Part shown: positions 9,936 through 18,765 of the stretch, piece after piece
Position numbering within the stretch: the stretch's first letter is position 1
Layout: the number at the start of each line of letters is the position of its first letter
Source: Smithellaceae bacterium
Lineage (GTDB): Bacteria; Desulfobacterota; Syntrophia; Syntrophales; Smithellaceae
Direction: 5' to 3'
Assembly (NCBI GenBank): GCA_963667845.2
Contig: CAXXVL010000002.1
Coordinates: forward strand, 2,976,001 to 3,040,000
DNA length: 64,000 nucleotides
Position numbers and translations under genes: made by a program
The notes under the pieces: model-generated
Told to the model about the DNA's origin: nothing
Seen by the model: the letters and a program-made list of their open reading frames with translations, nothing else
Databases searched by the model: none

Positions 9936-11711
9936 ATGGTTAACAATAACAACACAAACTTAAAAAACGAAAAGGAGGTTAATACCGACTCTTCAATTCA
10001 CAGTGCACACAATTCGTCTGGACAGTCCAAAGAAGAAGATATGGGCTTTAAAGAGCTTTATGAACAGAGTCTCAATCAATTGCAATACGGCGATATTGCC
10101 CGCGGAAAAGTCGTTCAGGTGACAGCGGATATTGTCATGGTAGATGTCGGTTGGAAAACGGAAGGATTTATTCCGATCAAAGAACTCAAAGACGCTCAGG
10201 GAAATATTAACATTTCCGTAGGCGACGATATAGAAGTATTTATAGATAAACGGGACTCTGAAGGAAACCTTGTATTATCCCGTGAAAAAGCAGCCAAACT
10301 TAAAGTGTGGGATGAAATTAAGAACATCAGTGACAACAATCTTACGATAAAGGGGACGGTTGTGGAGAAAGTTAAGGGCGGACTCTCCGTTGATATCGGA
10401 ATTATCGCCTTCCTGCCCGGGTCGCAGATCGATGTTCGTCCGATCAGAGATTTGGACCAATTTATCGGCCAGACATTGCCCTTTAACATTTTAAAATATG
10501 ACCGTAAACGCAATAATGTAGTTTTATCAAGAAGATCAATAGTGGCTTCCGAAAGAGAAAGTGAAAAGAAGGACACGCTGAACAATATCGTGGAAGGAAG
10601 CGTTATCGAGGGGATCATTAAGAATATCACCGATTATGGAATTTTTATCGATCTTGGCGGCATTGACGGTCTGCTGCACGTTACGGATATCTCCTGGGGA
10701 CGAATAGCTAAACCGTCTGAAATATTCCATAAAGGAGAGAAAATAACGGTTAAGGTTCTTTCCTTTGACCGTGAAAAAGAGAGAGTTTCTCTGGGGCTCA
10801 AGCAGCTTCATGAAAATCCATGGGAACATATTTCAGAAAAGTATCCGGTTGGCGCTCTCGTTCAGGGAAAGGTTGTCAACCTCACGGACTACGGCGTCTT
10901 TATCGAATTGGAGCCTGGGGTGGAAGGATTGGTTCATATTTCCGAGATGTACTGGACTCGAGAGATTAAGCATCCGTCTAAAGTGCTGAACGTTGGTAAT
11001 TTAGTGAATGTGGTGGTGCTGGAAGTTAATCCGGAAGCCAAGCGCGTATCACTCAGTCTGAAGCAGACCACGGCTAATCCCTGGGAAAAATTAAAAGAGA
11101 AATACCCGATCGGAACGGTTGTGAAAGGTCTCGTCCGTAATATTACGAACTTCGGCGTGTTTATCGGGATCGAAGATGGTATCGACGGTCTTGTTCATGT
11201 ATCTGACATTTCCTGGAAGCATCGCGTTACTCATCCTTCCGAGTACTTTAAAAAAGGACAGGAAGTTGAGGCGGTTGTCTTAAATATTGATGTCGAGAAT
11301 GAGAAATTCTCACTGGGGATTAAACAGATCGAAAAGAACCCGTGGGAAGAATTACCGCAAAAATATGCTCCCGGCAGCGTGGTGACGGGTAAAATTACGA
11401 ATTTCACGGACTTTGGAATTTTTGTCGAAATTGAGGACGGCATTGAAGGTCTGGTTCATATTTCCGAGATCAGTCAGAAGCGTGTGAAATCATCGGCCGA
11501 GTTATATAATGCCGGTGATATCGTTTCCGCAATCGTGAAAAGCATTGATACGAAAACGAAGAAAATTCGTCTGAGTATTAAGGAAATGGAAGCACCTACG
11601 ACCGCTCAGACGCCATCTTCGAGCCAGTACATCAATAACCGTGAAAACATCGGTTCGAATCTTGCCCAGGCGCTGGCCGACGTGAAGATAGGAAACCCGA
11701 CGAAGGAATAG
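9936..11711 (+). CDS. rpsA: 30S ribosomal protein S1
   Basis: Six S1-type repeats (GLLHVTDISW, GLVHISEM, GLVHVSDISW, GLVHISEI). Confidence 0.97.
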   Translation: MVNNNNTNLKNEKEVNTDSSIHSAHNSSGQSKEEDMGFKELYEQSLNQLQYGDIARGKVVQVTADIVMVDVGWKTEGFIPIKELKDAQGNINISVGDDIEVFIDKRDSEGNLVLSREKAAKLKVWDEIKNISDNNLTIKGTVVEKVKGGLSVDIGIIAFLPGSQIDVRPIRDLDQFIGQTLPFNILKYDRKRNNVVLSRRSIVASERESEKKDTLNNIVEGSVIEGIIKNITDYGIFIDLGGIDGLLHVTDISWGRIAKPSEIFHKGEKITVKVLSFDREKERVSLGLKQLHENPWEHISEKYPVGALVQGKVVNLTDYGVFIELEPGVEGLVHISEMYWTREIKHPSKVLNVGNLVNVVVLEVNPEAKRVSLSLKQTTANPWEKLKEKYPIGTVVKGLVRNITNFGVFIGIEDGIDGLVHVSDISWKHRVTHPSEYFKKGQEVEAVVLNIDVENEKFSLGIKQIEKNPWEELPQKYAPGSVVTGKITNFTDFGIFVEIEDGIEGLVHISEISQKRVKSSAELYNAGDIVSAIVKSIDTKTKKIRLSIKEMEAPTTAQTPSSSQYINNRENIGSNLAQALADVKIGNPTKE

Positions 11712-11717
11712 GGACGC

Positions 11718-12614
11718 ATGAGAAAACATCCTGTAGGTTTGGGATTGATTTTGCTGATTGCGATTGGCATTGTTCTATATTTTTTCTTTTATAGAACCGG
11801 CTCCCAGTCTGGAACTGCCGGCACACAGAGATTTTCTTTAAGTGACAAAATCGGTGTGGTGCCCGTTGAGGGCATCATCACTGATTCTCGTGAAATTATC
11901 GAGATTATCGATGAATTTGCCAAAGACAGCTCACTTGCCGCCATCGTGCTGCGTATCGATTCTCCCGGCGGCGGTGTCGCCGCTTCACAGGAGATCTATG
12001 ATGCGGTCGTTGCACTTAAGAAAAAGAAGAAAGTAGTTGTATCAATGGGGTCGGTTGCCGCCTCAGGAGGCCTGCTCATCGCGTGTGCCGGCGACAAGAT
12101 CGTGGCGAATCCCGGAACCATCACCGGCAGCATTTCGGCGATCATGCAATTTGCCAATGTGGAAGAATTGCTGAAAAAGGTCGGCGTGAAATCTTCCGTT
12201 GTCAAAAGCGGTCAATATAAAGATATCGGCTCACCCATGCGCGAAATGACACCGGAAGAACGGATCATCATCCAGGAACTGGTCGATGATATTTATAATC
12301 AGTTCATCGACGTCATCGTGAAGGATCGCAAACTGACTCGCGAACAGGTCATTGCCATAGGAGACGGCCGAGTCTTTTCAGGGCGCAAAGCAAAAGAATA
12401 TGGCCTGGTTGATCAATTGGGGGATATGGCCTCCGCCGCAAAATTGGCAAGTCAACTGGCCGGTAAGGACGGAACATACGAGCTTGTTTATCCGAAAAAA
12501 AAGCATCCTTCTTTTTTTGATTTAATGTTTGAAAGTGCAGCCAATCAACTCAGCCGGTCTGTGAAAGCAACAGCTGAAAAATGGGGTGGGGTAAGTTACT
12601 TATATCATCCATGA
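11718..12614 (+). CDS. sppA: Signal peptide peptidase SppA (36K type, S49)
   Basis: N-terminal TM, RIDSPGG, AASGG, TGSI, DGRVFSG. Confidence 0.92.
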   Translation: MRKHPVGLGLILLIAIGIVLYFFFYRTGSQSGTAGTQRFSLSDKIGVVPVEGIITDSREIIEIIDEFAKDSSLAAIVLRIDSPGGGVAASQEIYDAVVALKKKKKVVVSMGSVAASGGLLIACAGDKIVANPGTITGSISAIMQFANVEELLKKVGVKSSVVKSGQYKDIGSPMREMTPEERIIIQELVDDIYNQFIDVIVKDRKLTREQVIAIGDGRVFSGRKAKEYGLVDQLGDMASAAKLASQLAGKDGTYELVYPKKKHPSFFDLMFESAANQLSRSVKATAEKWGGVSYLYHP

Positions 12615-12635
12615 AGTCCGACTGGCGATACCGAT

Positions 12636-12920
12636 ATGACCAAAAATGAATTAATCAAAAGAACACAGGAAAAATTTAAAACCTATTCTCAAAAAGATAT
12701 TGCTTTAGCGGTTCAGACTATTCTGGACTCTCTCGTTGGCTCTATGAAAAGGAACGAGCGGGTCGAAATAAGAGGATTCGGCACGTTTACGATTCGCGAG
12801 CGCAAACCCAGAGTCGGCCGCAATCCAAAGTCAGGAGCGGAAGTTTCTTTGGACGAGAGAAGAGTTCCTTTTTTTAAAACGGGCAGAGATCTCCGATTAA
12901 AGGTAGATACTAAGAAATGA
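12636..12920 (+). CDS. ihfB: Integration host factor beta / HU-family protein
   Basis: MTKNELI, RVEIRGFGTF, GRNPKSG, PFFKTG; rpsA-sppA-ihfB order. Confidence 0.88.
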   Translation: MTKNELIKRTQEKFKTYSQKDIALAVQTILDSLVGSMKRNERVEIRGFGTFTIRERKPRVGRNPKSGAEVSLDERRVPFFKTGRDLRLKVDTKK

Positions 12921-13687
12921 TCTATAAAAACATCATTGTCGATAAAAAGAAAACTTACGCGATCATTCAATTCAACCGTGCCCATGAAATGAATGCTCTG
13001 TCTAAAGAAATGAGACTGGAGTTTAACGACGCGCTTCTGGACGTCGAAAACGATCCTCTGATGAAATCGCTGGTCATCACCGGCGGAGAATACGTCTTTT
13101 CAGCCGGTATGGATATCAAGGAAATGTCTTCTCTGTCCAATGTCGAAATTGATGACTATTTCGAATCGATGAAGAGATATCTGAAGAAAATTTATTCATA
13201 CTCGAAGCCGGTGATAGCAGCGGTGGGCGGTATTGCTTTGGGTGGCGGGTTCAATATCGTTACGGTCTGCGATCTGATTGTCGCTTCGGAAAGTGCGATC
13301 TTTTGTCACCCGGAATTGAAGTTCGGACTGAGTCCTCTTTTTTATCCCCTGAGCCAGATCGTCGGTGTGACCAAAGCAAAAGAAATTGCAATGCTGGGAG
13401 AGCCGATCGGGGCCAATGAAGCGGAAAGAATCGGCCTGGTGAATAAAGTAGCCCCCCCCGAAAAGTTCATGCAGGAAGCAGAGAAAATGGCCCAGACCTT
13501 ATCCACAAGGTCAGTGAAGGCTATTGAAGAGCTGAAAAATATTTGTTCCGTTGTCCCGAGGATGGATAAGATTGCCGCTCTGGATATGGAACTGTCCATT
13601 GGCGGAATGCTGTTTGCCCGTGATGAACGGAAAATCCATATGAATGAAGTGTTGTTTCTCGAAAAACTTCGCAAGAAAAAACAATAA
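12917..13687 (+). CDS. Enoyl-CoA hydratase/isomerase (crotonase) family protein
   Basis: MNALS, FSAGMDI, AAVGGIALGGG, CDLIVA, FCHPELKFG, GLVNKV. Confidence 0.88.
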   Translation: MIYKNIIVDKKKTYAIIQFNRAHEMNALSKEMRLEFNDALLDVENDPLMKSLVITGGEYVFSAGMDIKEMSSLSNVEIDDYFESMKRYLKKIYSYSKPVIAAVGGIALGGGFNIVTVCDLIVASESAIFCHPELKFGLSPLFYPLSQIVGVTKAKEIAMLGEPIGANEAERIGLVNKVAPPEKFMQEAEKMAQTLSTRSVKAIEELKNICSVVPRMDKIAALDMELSIGGMLFARDERKIHMNEVLFLEKLRKKKQ

Positions 13688-13724
13688 TAACGGCAAAATT
13701 AAGAAAAGTTTCTTTACAAAAGAT

Positions 13725-13841
13725 TGATCACCTCAGGTTGGCGGAGAAACCAAAAGTGATTGCTGAGTTCATACCGATAACCGAGTTTTACTCAATATCC
13801 CCAAAAGCATTTGCCTTTTGCCTCGCCATGATCTTTGATCA
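13725..13841. ncRNA. Candidate structured RNA (long interrupted hairpin)
   Basis: Nested complementary blocks TGATCA/TGATCA, TGGCGGAG/CTCGCCA, CAAAAG/CTTTTG, TGCT/AGCA, GAGT/ACTC between convergent genes; no family recognised. Confidence 0.3.
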
Positions 13842-13856
13842 GAATTCTGGAAAAAA

Positions 13857-14141
13857 TTAAAGATTATCCCAATCGTTTCCCGGTGCAGCGAAATCCTTAA
13901 GTTGATCCCTTCTTTTTTTATGCTGAAGTTTCTTAAGCGCCTTGGCCTCAATCTGCCGAATTCGTTCCCGGGTGACTCCCATCATATCGCCGACTTCTTC
14001 TAATGTAAACGGTCCGTAATTACAGGCTACCCAGGTACAGTTCAAGAATGCTTCATTTTTTAAACGCCATTCGCAGGTGGTATCCGTGCAGATTTCTGCA
14101 ATTAGACTGCCTTTTTTCTTACAAATATATGTGTTAATCAT
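13857..14141 (-). CDS. Stand-alone sigma70 region-4 HTH protein with Cys-rich N-terminus
   Basis: [30 protein letters not shown] closely matches RpoD region 4.2; five Cys in first 40 aa; own promoter. Confidence 0.88.
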   Translation of the reverse strand: MINTYICKKKGSLIAEICTDTTCEWRLKNEAFLNCTWVACNYGPFTLEEVGDMMGVTRERIRQIEAKALKKLQHKKRRDQLKDFAAPGNDWDNL

Positions 14142-14173
14142 TAAAAAGATCCCTTCGCATATTTAAATCGGGC

Positions 14174-14204
14174 GTAACTTATTGTTACTTGAGTTATTTG
14201 TCAA
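14174..14204 (-). promoter_or_regulatory. Sigma70-type promoter of the sigma-4 mini-gene with overlapping inverted repeat
   Basis: Minus strand TTGACA (14204-14199), 17 bp, TAAGTT (14181-14176); GTAAC-N5-GTTAC at 14174-14188. Confidence 0.6.
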
Positions 14205-14287
14205 TAATTAAGATATAAAATTGATGTCAGGAGCAATCGTCACGAAAAAAACGGTTTCCCGGCAATAATCGGGCATGTAAAAAGCTA

Positions 14288-14620
14288 TTAAAAAAATATT
14301 TTTTCCGGGGGACGTCTTTCCGGGACGTACCGGTGAGGAATCTTATCGTTGTTCCATTCTTGGCTCACGTACAAGTTGCAGTAACAACTCCCGTATTCCT
14401 TCACATCTTCGGTGCGATAAGCACAAGGGCAGATGATGTCACGATCCTTTTCCCGATCGCCTGCGGCCAGACGGCAGGGACAGGAAGTGTAGCCGTAACG
14501 GTCCTTGTTAACCAGCAGATCCTGGAGAATGGAAAGCACCCAGTCCCTGTCTTTGTTGAAAAAATAACCCTTGGGTTCCTGGGCTTTCTTCAGCAGGTCA
14601 TAAAGCTCGGCAGGTGTCAT
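14288..14620 (-). CDS. Ferredoxin:thioredoxin reductase catalytic-subunit-like protein
   Basis: CPC (SCPCRL), CPC (ICPCAY) and CYC (SCYCNLY) motifs. Confidence 0.9.
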   Translation of the reverse strand: MTPAELYDLLKKAQEPKGYFFNKDRDWVLSILQDLLVNKDRYGYTSCPCRLAAGDREKDRDIICPCAYRTEDVKEYGSCYCNLYVSQEWNNDKIPHRYVPERRPPEKIFF

Positions 14621-14877
14621 CAGATCCCCAGTGCCTCCCGGATATCGCTTTCTTTAAAACCGATGATAATTTTGTCACCGATGACGATGGTTGGAAAAGA
14701 CCGCTGCGGGTTGTATTGAATGACTTCATTGAGCACGGCCTCCCGCGCCTCGCCTTGAAGTAAATCAACGTCCGTCGCATCGAAAGCGATGTTATTTTCA
14801 TTGAGAAATTTCTTTGTCGCTTTACAATGACTGCAGGTGCTCAATGTATACATTTTAACTTTCTTTGCCATCTTCAC
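14620..14877 (-). CDS. Glutaredoxin / NrdH-like redoxin
   Basis: YTLSTCSHC CxxC, SFPTI cis-Pro, IIGF; stop overlaps FTR start. Confidence 0.9.
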   Translation of the reverse strand: MKMAKKVKMYTLSTCSHCKATKKFLNENNIAFDATDVDLLQGEAREAVLNEVIQYNPQRSFPTIVIGDKIIIGFKESDIREALGI

Positions 14878-15021
14878 GATCCTCCGATTTTTTTGATTTA
14901 TATACGTTATTTGATTATCATGTCAAGCTGATAGTCGTGACGCCGCAGGCAAAGATATATTGACAAGAACACCCAATTCATATATCAACAAAAACTCATT
15001 TGAGGAAAGATAAAATACTTT

Positions 15022-15663
15022 ATGAAACATAATAGTATTATCGCTTACGAAGGTCTTCCCTTTATCATCTTTTCCCTGATCCTAACCATCCTTGCCGTTT
15101 TTTTCGGCGTCGTCTGGCTGGCCGTTCTTTTAGCCGCCATAACCGTTTTCATCATCTGCTTTTTTCGAAATCCCGAACGATATTTTCGCGATGATGTTAA
15201 AATGGTCATTTGTCCTGCTGACGGTAAAGTGATCAGAATCGAAGACGTCGATGTCGACGGCACCATCACGGGTCGTTTTAAGAAGATCAGCATTTTCATG
15301 AATGTCTTCAATGTCCACGTCAACCGTTCCCCCTATAACGGAAAGGTCGAGACCATTGCCTATCACAAGGGGAAGTTTTTATCGGCCAATCTGGACAAGG
15401 CGTCGGCGGAAAACGAAAGAAACGAAATTATGATTCGTACAGAAGACGGCCGCATGCTGTGGGTCGTGCAAATTGCCGGATTGATCGCCAGGAGGATTGT
15501 CTGCTGGACCCATGAAGGAGCGCGAATCGAAAAAGGCGAGAGATTCGGTCTCATCCGTTTCGGCTCTCGCGTCGAGGTTTTCTTACCGCCCGATTCCCGC
15601 GTTGTCGTTCATCTGGGCGACAAAGTTAAAGCGGGACAAACAATGATTGGATATTTATCATGA
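15022..15663 (+). CDS. psd: Phosphatidylserine decarboxylase proenzyme
   Basis: FFRNPER, PADGKV, FNVHVNR, FGLIRFGSRV cleavage motif. Confidence 0.95.
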   Translation: MKHNSIIAYEGLPFIIFSLILTILAVFFGVVWLAVLLAAITVFIICFFRNPERYFRDDVKMVICPADGKVIRIEDVDVDGTITGRFKKISIFMNVFNVHVNRSPYNGKVETIAYHKGKFLSANLDKASAENERNEIMIRTEDGRMLWVVQIAGLIARRIVCWTHEGARIEKGERFGLIRFGSRVEVFLPPDSRVVVHLGDKVKAGQTMIGYLS

Positions 15664-16442
15664 ATAGGGAGAAACGCGTAAAAAATGTCCGTATCAAGAA
15701 GGGCATATATATCCTGCCCAATCTTTTTACAACCGCCAGTCTGTTTATGGGGTTCTATTCCATTATCGCATCCATCCAGGGAAAGTTCTATCCGGCGGCC
15801 ATTGCCATCATCATATCGCTGGTGTTCGATGGACTGGACGGAAGGGTGGCACGGATGACGAACACCACGAGCAGATTCGGCGCGGAATATGATTCACTGG
15901 CCGATCTGATCGCTTTCGGTGTTGCGCCGTCGCTTTTGGCCTATTTGTGGGCCATGTCCTTCGATGGAAAGCCCGGCTGGATGGCCGGCTTCATTTTTGT
16001 CGCCTGCGGTGCGCTTCGTCTGGCGCGCTACAACATTCAAATCGGTATCATTGACAGTAAAGTATTCAACGGCCTGCCCATTCCCGCTGCGGCTGCAGTT
16101 ATCGCCACGACCGTGATTTTCTTTGATCACATCGGTCTTGAAGGAACACTTTCCGATCCGTATTATATCTTCTTGATCCTGGTTGTCATCTTATCGCTCC
16201 TGATGGTCAGCAGCATAAAATATTACAGTTTTAAGAATATGAATCTCCATGCGCGGATACCCTTTAAAATATTGCTTATCGCGATCGGTATTTTTTTAGT
16301 CTTCTATTTAAAGCCGGAAATCATGGCTTTTGTCATTATGGTTGGTTACGCACTATCCGGGCCGCTGTGGTGGTTGGGAAAAATCATTCAGAAATTACGC
16401 GGGAAAGACGTGAATCAGAATGCTTCCGAACAGAAATCATAA
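15660..16442 (+). CDS. pssA: CDP-diacylglycerol--serine O-phosphatidyltransferase
   Basis: LPNLFT, DGLDGRVAR...G.EYDSLAD, LRLARYN, GLPIPAAA. Confidence 0.95.
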   Translation: MNREKRVKNVRIKKGIYILPNLFTTASLFMGFYSIIASIQGKFYPAAIAIIISLVFDGLDGRVARMTNTTSRFGAEYDSLADLIAFGVAPSLLAYLWAMSFDGKPGWMAGFIFVACGALRLARYNIQIGIIDSKVFNGLPIPAAAAVIATTVIFFDHIGLEGTLSDPYYIFLILVVILSLLMVSSIKYYSFKNMNLHARIPFKILLIAIGIFLVFYLKPEIMAFVIMVGYALSGPLWWLGKIIQKLRGKDVNQNASEQKS

Positions 16443-16478
16443 AGAGGATGGATGGTGTTATCGTTCTGACGTGATATT

Positions 16479-17033
16479 ATGAGAATCTCGGGAGGTGAAG
16501 CGAAAGGAAGGACGATCAAGTTTCCTCCTCATTGCACTCAAAGACCGACGACTGATTTTTTGAGGGAGGCGCTGTTCAATCTACTGGAACGACCGGTGGA
16601 TCAAAGTTTTTTGGATTTATTTGCCGGATCCGGGTCCGTGGGGTTGGAAGCGCTGAGCCGAAAGGCAAAAGCGGTTACCTTTGTGGAAAAGAATAAGGTT
16701 CTAGTCGAAGTTATCCGAGAAAATGTTTCCATGTGCGGATATTCCGAAAAATGTCTTCTCGTTCAGGCCGATGTGCAATCGGCCTTACGTGATCTTTACA
16801 AAAAGAAATGCAGGTACGATGTTGTTTTTGCCGATCCTCCCTACAATCAGGGATTGATCGAAGAAACACTGACCGTATTGAAAAAATATCCTGTGCTGCA
16901 GGACGGCGGCGCTCTTGTGATGCAGCATTCTGTCAGAGAACCGCTGCCGGAGCTTGAGAATGGCTGGTCTGTGGAAGACCAGAGGAAATATGGAGATAAT
17001 TACTTGAGTTTTATAAGGATGGGCACGGCATGA
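16479..17033 (+). CDS. rsmD: 16S rRNA m2G966 methyltransferase
   Basis: MRISGG, RPT..LREALFN, LDLFAGSG, DPPY; upstream of coaD. Confidence 0.93.
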   Translation: MRISGGEAKGRTIKFPPHCTQRPTTDFLREALFNLLERPVDQSFLDLFAGSGSVGLEALSRKAKAVTFVEKNKVLVEVIRENVSMCGYSEKCLLVQADVQSALRDLYKKKCRYDVVFADPPYNQGLIEETLTVLKKYPVLQDGGALVMQHSVREPLPELENGWSVEDQRKYGDNYLSFIRMGTA

Positions 17034-17551
17034 TTCAAGAAAAAGTCGGTAATAAAATTGCGATATATCCAGGCTCCTTTGATCCAATCACCAATGGTCA
17101 CGTGGATATCATCAAGCGGGGAAACAGAATCTTTGATGAAATCATCGTTCTCGTCGCTTATAATCCGAACAAGTCATCCTTGTTTTCGGTAGAAGAACGC
17201 TGTCAATTCATCCGGGAAATATTTCAGGGCTGTGAAGGAATTCGAGTGGATAGTCATGATGGTCTGCTGATTGATTATCTGAAGAGTTCCGGCGCCAGCA
17301 CGATCCTGCGGGGCATGCGCGCTCTTTCCGATTTTGAATATGAATTTCAGATGGCTCTGATGAATCGCCGCCAGACAAAAAACGTAGAAACGGTCTTTCT
17401 GATGAGCGGATTCAGGTGGTTTTACACCAGTTCCAATCTTATCAAGGAAGTGGCCAGTCTCGGAGGATCGGTCAAGGGACTTGTGCCGGAAAATGTACAT
17501 CAAAGATTAATGGAAAAATTCAATGTGAATAAAACAGGAGGTAGTTTGTGA
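17030..17551 (+). CDS. coaD: Pantetheine-phosphate adenylyltransferase
   Basis: YPGSFDPITNGH, RGMRALSDFEYE. Confidence 0.97.
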   Translation: MIQEKVGNKIAIYPGSFDPITNGHVDIIKRGNRIFDEIIVLVAYNPNKSSLFSVEERCQFIREIFQGCEGIRVDSHDGLLIDYLKSSGASTILRGMRALSDFEYEFQMALMNRRQTKNVETVFLMSGFRWFYTSSNLIKEVASLGGSVKGLVPENVHQRLMEKFNVNKTGGSL

Positions 17552-18741
17552 AGCTGGCTTCTAGGGTAGCAAAAGTAAAACCGTCGGAGACTCTGGCCAT
17601 TACGGCGAAGGCCAATGCCTTAAAGGCCCAGGGAAGAGATGTCATTGGTTTCGGCGCCGGGGAACCTGACTTTGATACTCCGGACCATATTAAGAAGGCT
17701 GCCATTGCAGCCATTGAAGCTGGTTTTACGAAGTATACGCCCGTAGGCGGAACTGACGAATTGAAAGACGCGATCGTCCGCAAACTGAAAGTTGATAACA
17801 ATCTGGAATACAAACGTTCCGAAGTTGTTGTATCGTGCGGTGCGAAACATACTCTCTACAACCTGGCTCAGGCGCTCTTTGGCGAAGGCGATGAAGTCAT
17901 TATCCCTGCGCCTTACTGGGTATCCTATCCGGATATCGTTGTCCTGGCCGGCGGCACCCCCGTGATCGTCGACACGCTTGAGAAAGACGGCTTCAAGATG
18001 AAGCCCGAGCAGCTGAAAGCGGCAATTACCGGTCATACGAAGGCGGTCATTCTTAACGGTCCGTCGAATCCGACGGGAGCGGCCTATTCACCGGACGATC
18101 TCAAGGCACTGGCCGACGTTCTGGCCCCAACGGATATCGTCATTATATCGGATGATATTTACGAGAAAATACTTTATGCAGATTTTCCTTTTGCAAATAT
18201 GGTAATGGTCGATCCGCGTTTGAAAGACAGAACCGTCGTCGTTAATGGCGTTTCCAAAGCCTATGCCATGACCGGCTGGCGGATCGGGTACGCGGCAGGT
18301 CCCGAAGAGATCATCGGAGCGATCGCTAAGATTCAAAGCCAGAATACATCCAACCCGACATCGATATCGCAAAAAGCATCCGTGGCGGCGCTCAACGGCG
18401 ATCAGAGCGTAGTCGCGATGATGGTCGGGGAGTTCAGGAAGAGAAGGGACTACATCGTCGCGGCGCTCAATGACATTTCGGGACTTCGTTGCTTGATGCC
18501 CGAAGGCGCTTTCTACGTCTTTCCGAATGTATCGGGGATATATGGTCGTTCTTTCGCCGGGCGGAAAATAACGAATTCAACGGAGTTTATTGAATATCTG
18601 CTGGATGAAGCCAATGTGGCCACCGTGCCCGGGGCGGCGTTTGGCAGCGATTCGCATATCCGCCTATCTTATGCGACATCCCTGAAGAACATCGAAGAGG
18701 GCGTCAAAAGAATCAAGAACGCTATAGCGAAACTGGATTAG
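17548..18741 (+). CDS. PLP-dependent class I/II (aspartate) aminotransferase
   Basis: GAGEPDF, PSNPTG, DDIY, SKAYAMTGWRIG. Confidence 0.92.
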   Translation: MKLASRVAKVKPSETLAITAKANALKAQGRDVIGFGAGEPDFDTPDHIKKAAIAAIEAGFTKYTPVGGTDELKDAIVRKLKVDNNLEYKRSEVVVSCGAKHTLYNLAQALFGEGDEVIIPAPYWVSYPDIVVLAGGTPVIVDTLEKDGFKMKPEQLKAAITGHTKAVILNGPSNPTGAAYSPDDLKALADVLAPTDIVIISDDIYEKILYADFPFANMVMVDPRLKDRTVVVNGVSKAYAMTGWRIGYAAGPEEIIGAIAKIQSQNTSNPTSISQKASVAALNGDQSVVAMMVGEFRKRRDYIVAALNDISGLRCLMPEGAFYVFPNVSGIYGRSFAGRKITNSTEFIEYLLDEANVATVPGAAFGSDSHIRLSYATSLKNIEEGVKRIKNAIAKLD

Positions 18742-18765
18742 ACGAACTTAAGGAAGGAAGGGAAA

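Noticed and set aside
9972..9990. AAGGAGG inside the rpsA 5' region as an alternative start
   Set aside because: No start codon at suitable spacing; explained by Lys-Glu-Val codons
13797..13810. 14-nt match (ATGCTTTTGGGGAT) between this site (minus strand) and the hairpin after tRNA-Pro
   Set aside because: Several 14-mer matches are expected by chance in a two-strand 64-kb comparison; it does not extend and is not an att site
13725..13841. Calling the hairpin SRP RNA or canonical 6S RNA
   Set aside because: No SRP domain IV motif; short for 6S and wrong gene context; kept only as an unnamed candidate
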